Origin: the human T2T-CHM13v2.0 reference genome, Homo sapiens
NCBI RefSeq assembly: GCF_009914755.1
Contig: NC_060926.1
Strand: one strand, 5' to 3'
Length of the DNA: 64,000 bases
The translations under genes and the position numbers were made by a program. Each line of letters starts with the position of its first letter. Positions within the stretch are counted from its first letter, which is position 1. Under the pieces are notes generated by a model that saw nothing but the letters and a program-made list of their open reading frames with translations, ran no database searches and was not told where the DNA came from. Below, piece after piece: positions 63,718 through 64,000 of the stretch.

Positions 63718-64000
63718 AGAACCCAGTAACTCTTTATTGAGGAAGAACAGTTTCTGTTTCTAAAGTTGAGAAGTTTTGAATTTAGAAAATAGAATAGGCA
63801 CCAACCAAAAGTGTCCAAGCAAATACCTCTTTAATAAGAATCTCCTGCATTGAAACCCAAACCAATTTTGATGAGGTCTTTGTGGTATTTAGCAAAATGC
63901 TTTGCTCACAGTAGATACTGAACACGTTTTTTTTAATTCAGTGTTACTTACAAATGTGAGTTTTAGCCACCAAAAGCATAAAAACCGGAATGACAATATA

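Overview
Catarrhine-primate (probably human or ape) non-coding genomic DNA that is dominated by transposable elements. I cannot identify any host protein-coding exon, tRNA, rRNA or known ncRNA, and I cannot name the locus. Nearly all meaningful ORFs in the track are broken L1 ORF1/ORF2 or Tigger1 transposase fragments, or Alu-derived. Main architecture: (1) One ancient MIR is split into three pieces over about 16.8 kb (4221-21040). It was interrupted by a full-length Tigger1 (4269-6657, TA duplication) and by a full-length old L1MA4/5-like LINE (6714-20922, 13-bp TSD). That LINE contains a full-length L1PA7-like element and two Alus, and it keeps a monomer-repeat 5'UTR. (2) A 5'-truncated L1PA8-like element lies at 28272-31037. 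(3) An AluS is joined directly to a full-length L1PA5-like element (41236-47667) whose antisense ORF0 is still open. (4) The rest comprises solo LTRs (MER66-like, MSTA), hAT DNA transposons (Zaphod-like, MER5A, MER33), an L3/CR1 relic, many L2/MIR relics, about ten Alu/FLAM/FRAM copies, and several small duplication and fold-back scars. Subfamily names come from my recollection of consensus sequences and need RepeatMasker/Dfam confirmation. I see no evidence of a genuinely new biological system. The best leads are the nested TE history, the Alu-L1 junction, the open ORF0 with an intact splice donor, and a few candidate non-coding exons.
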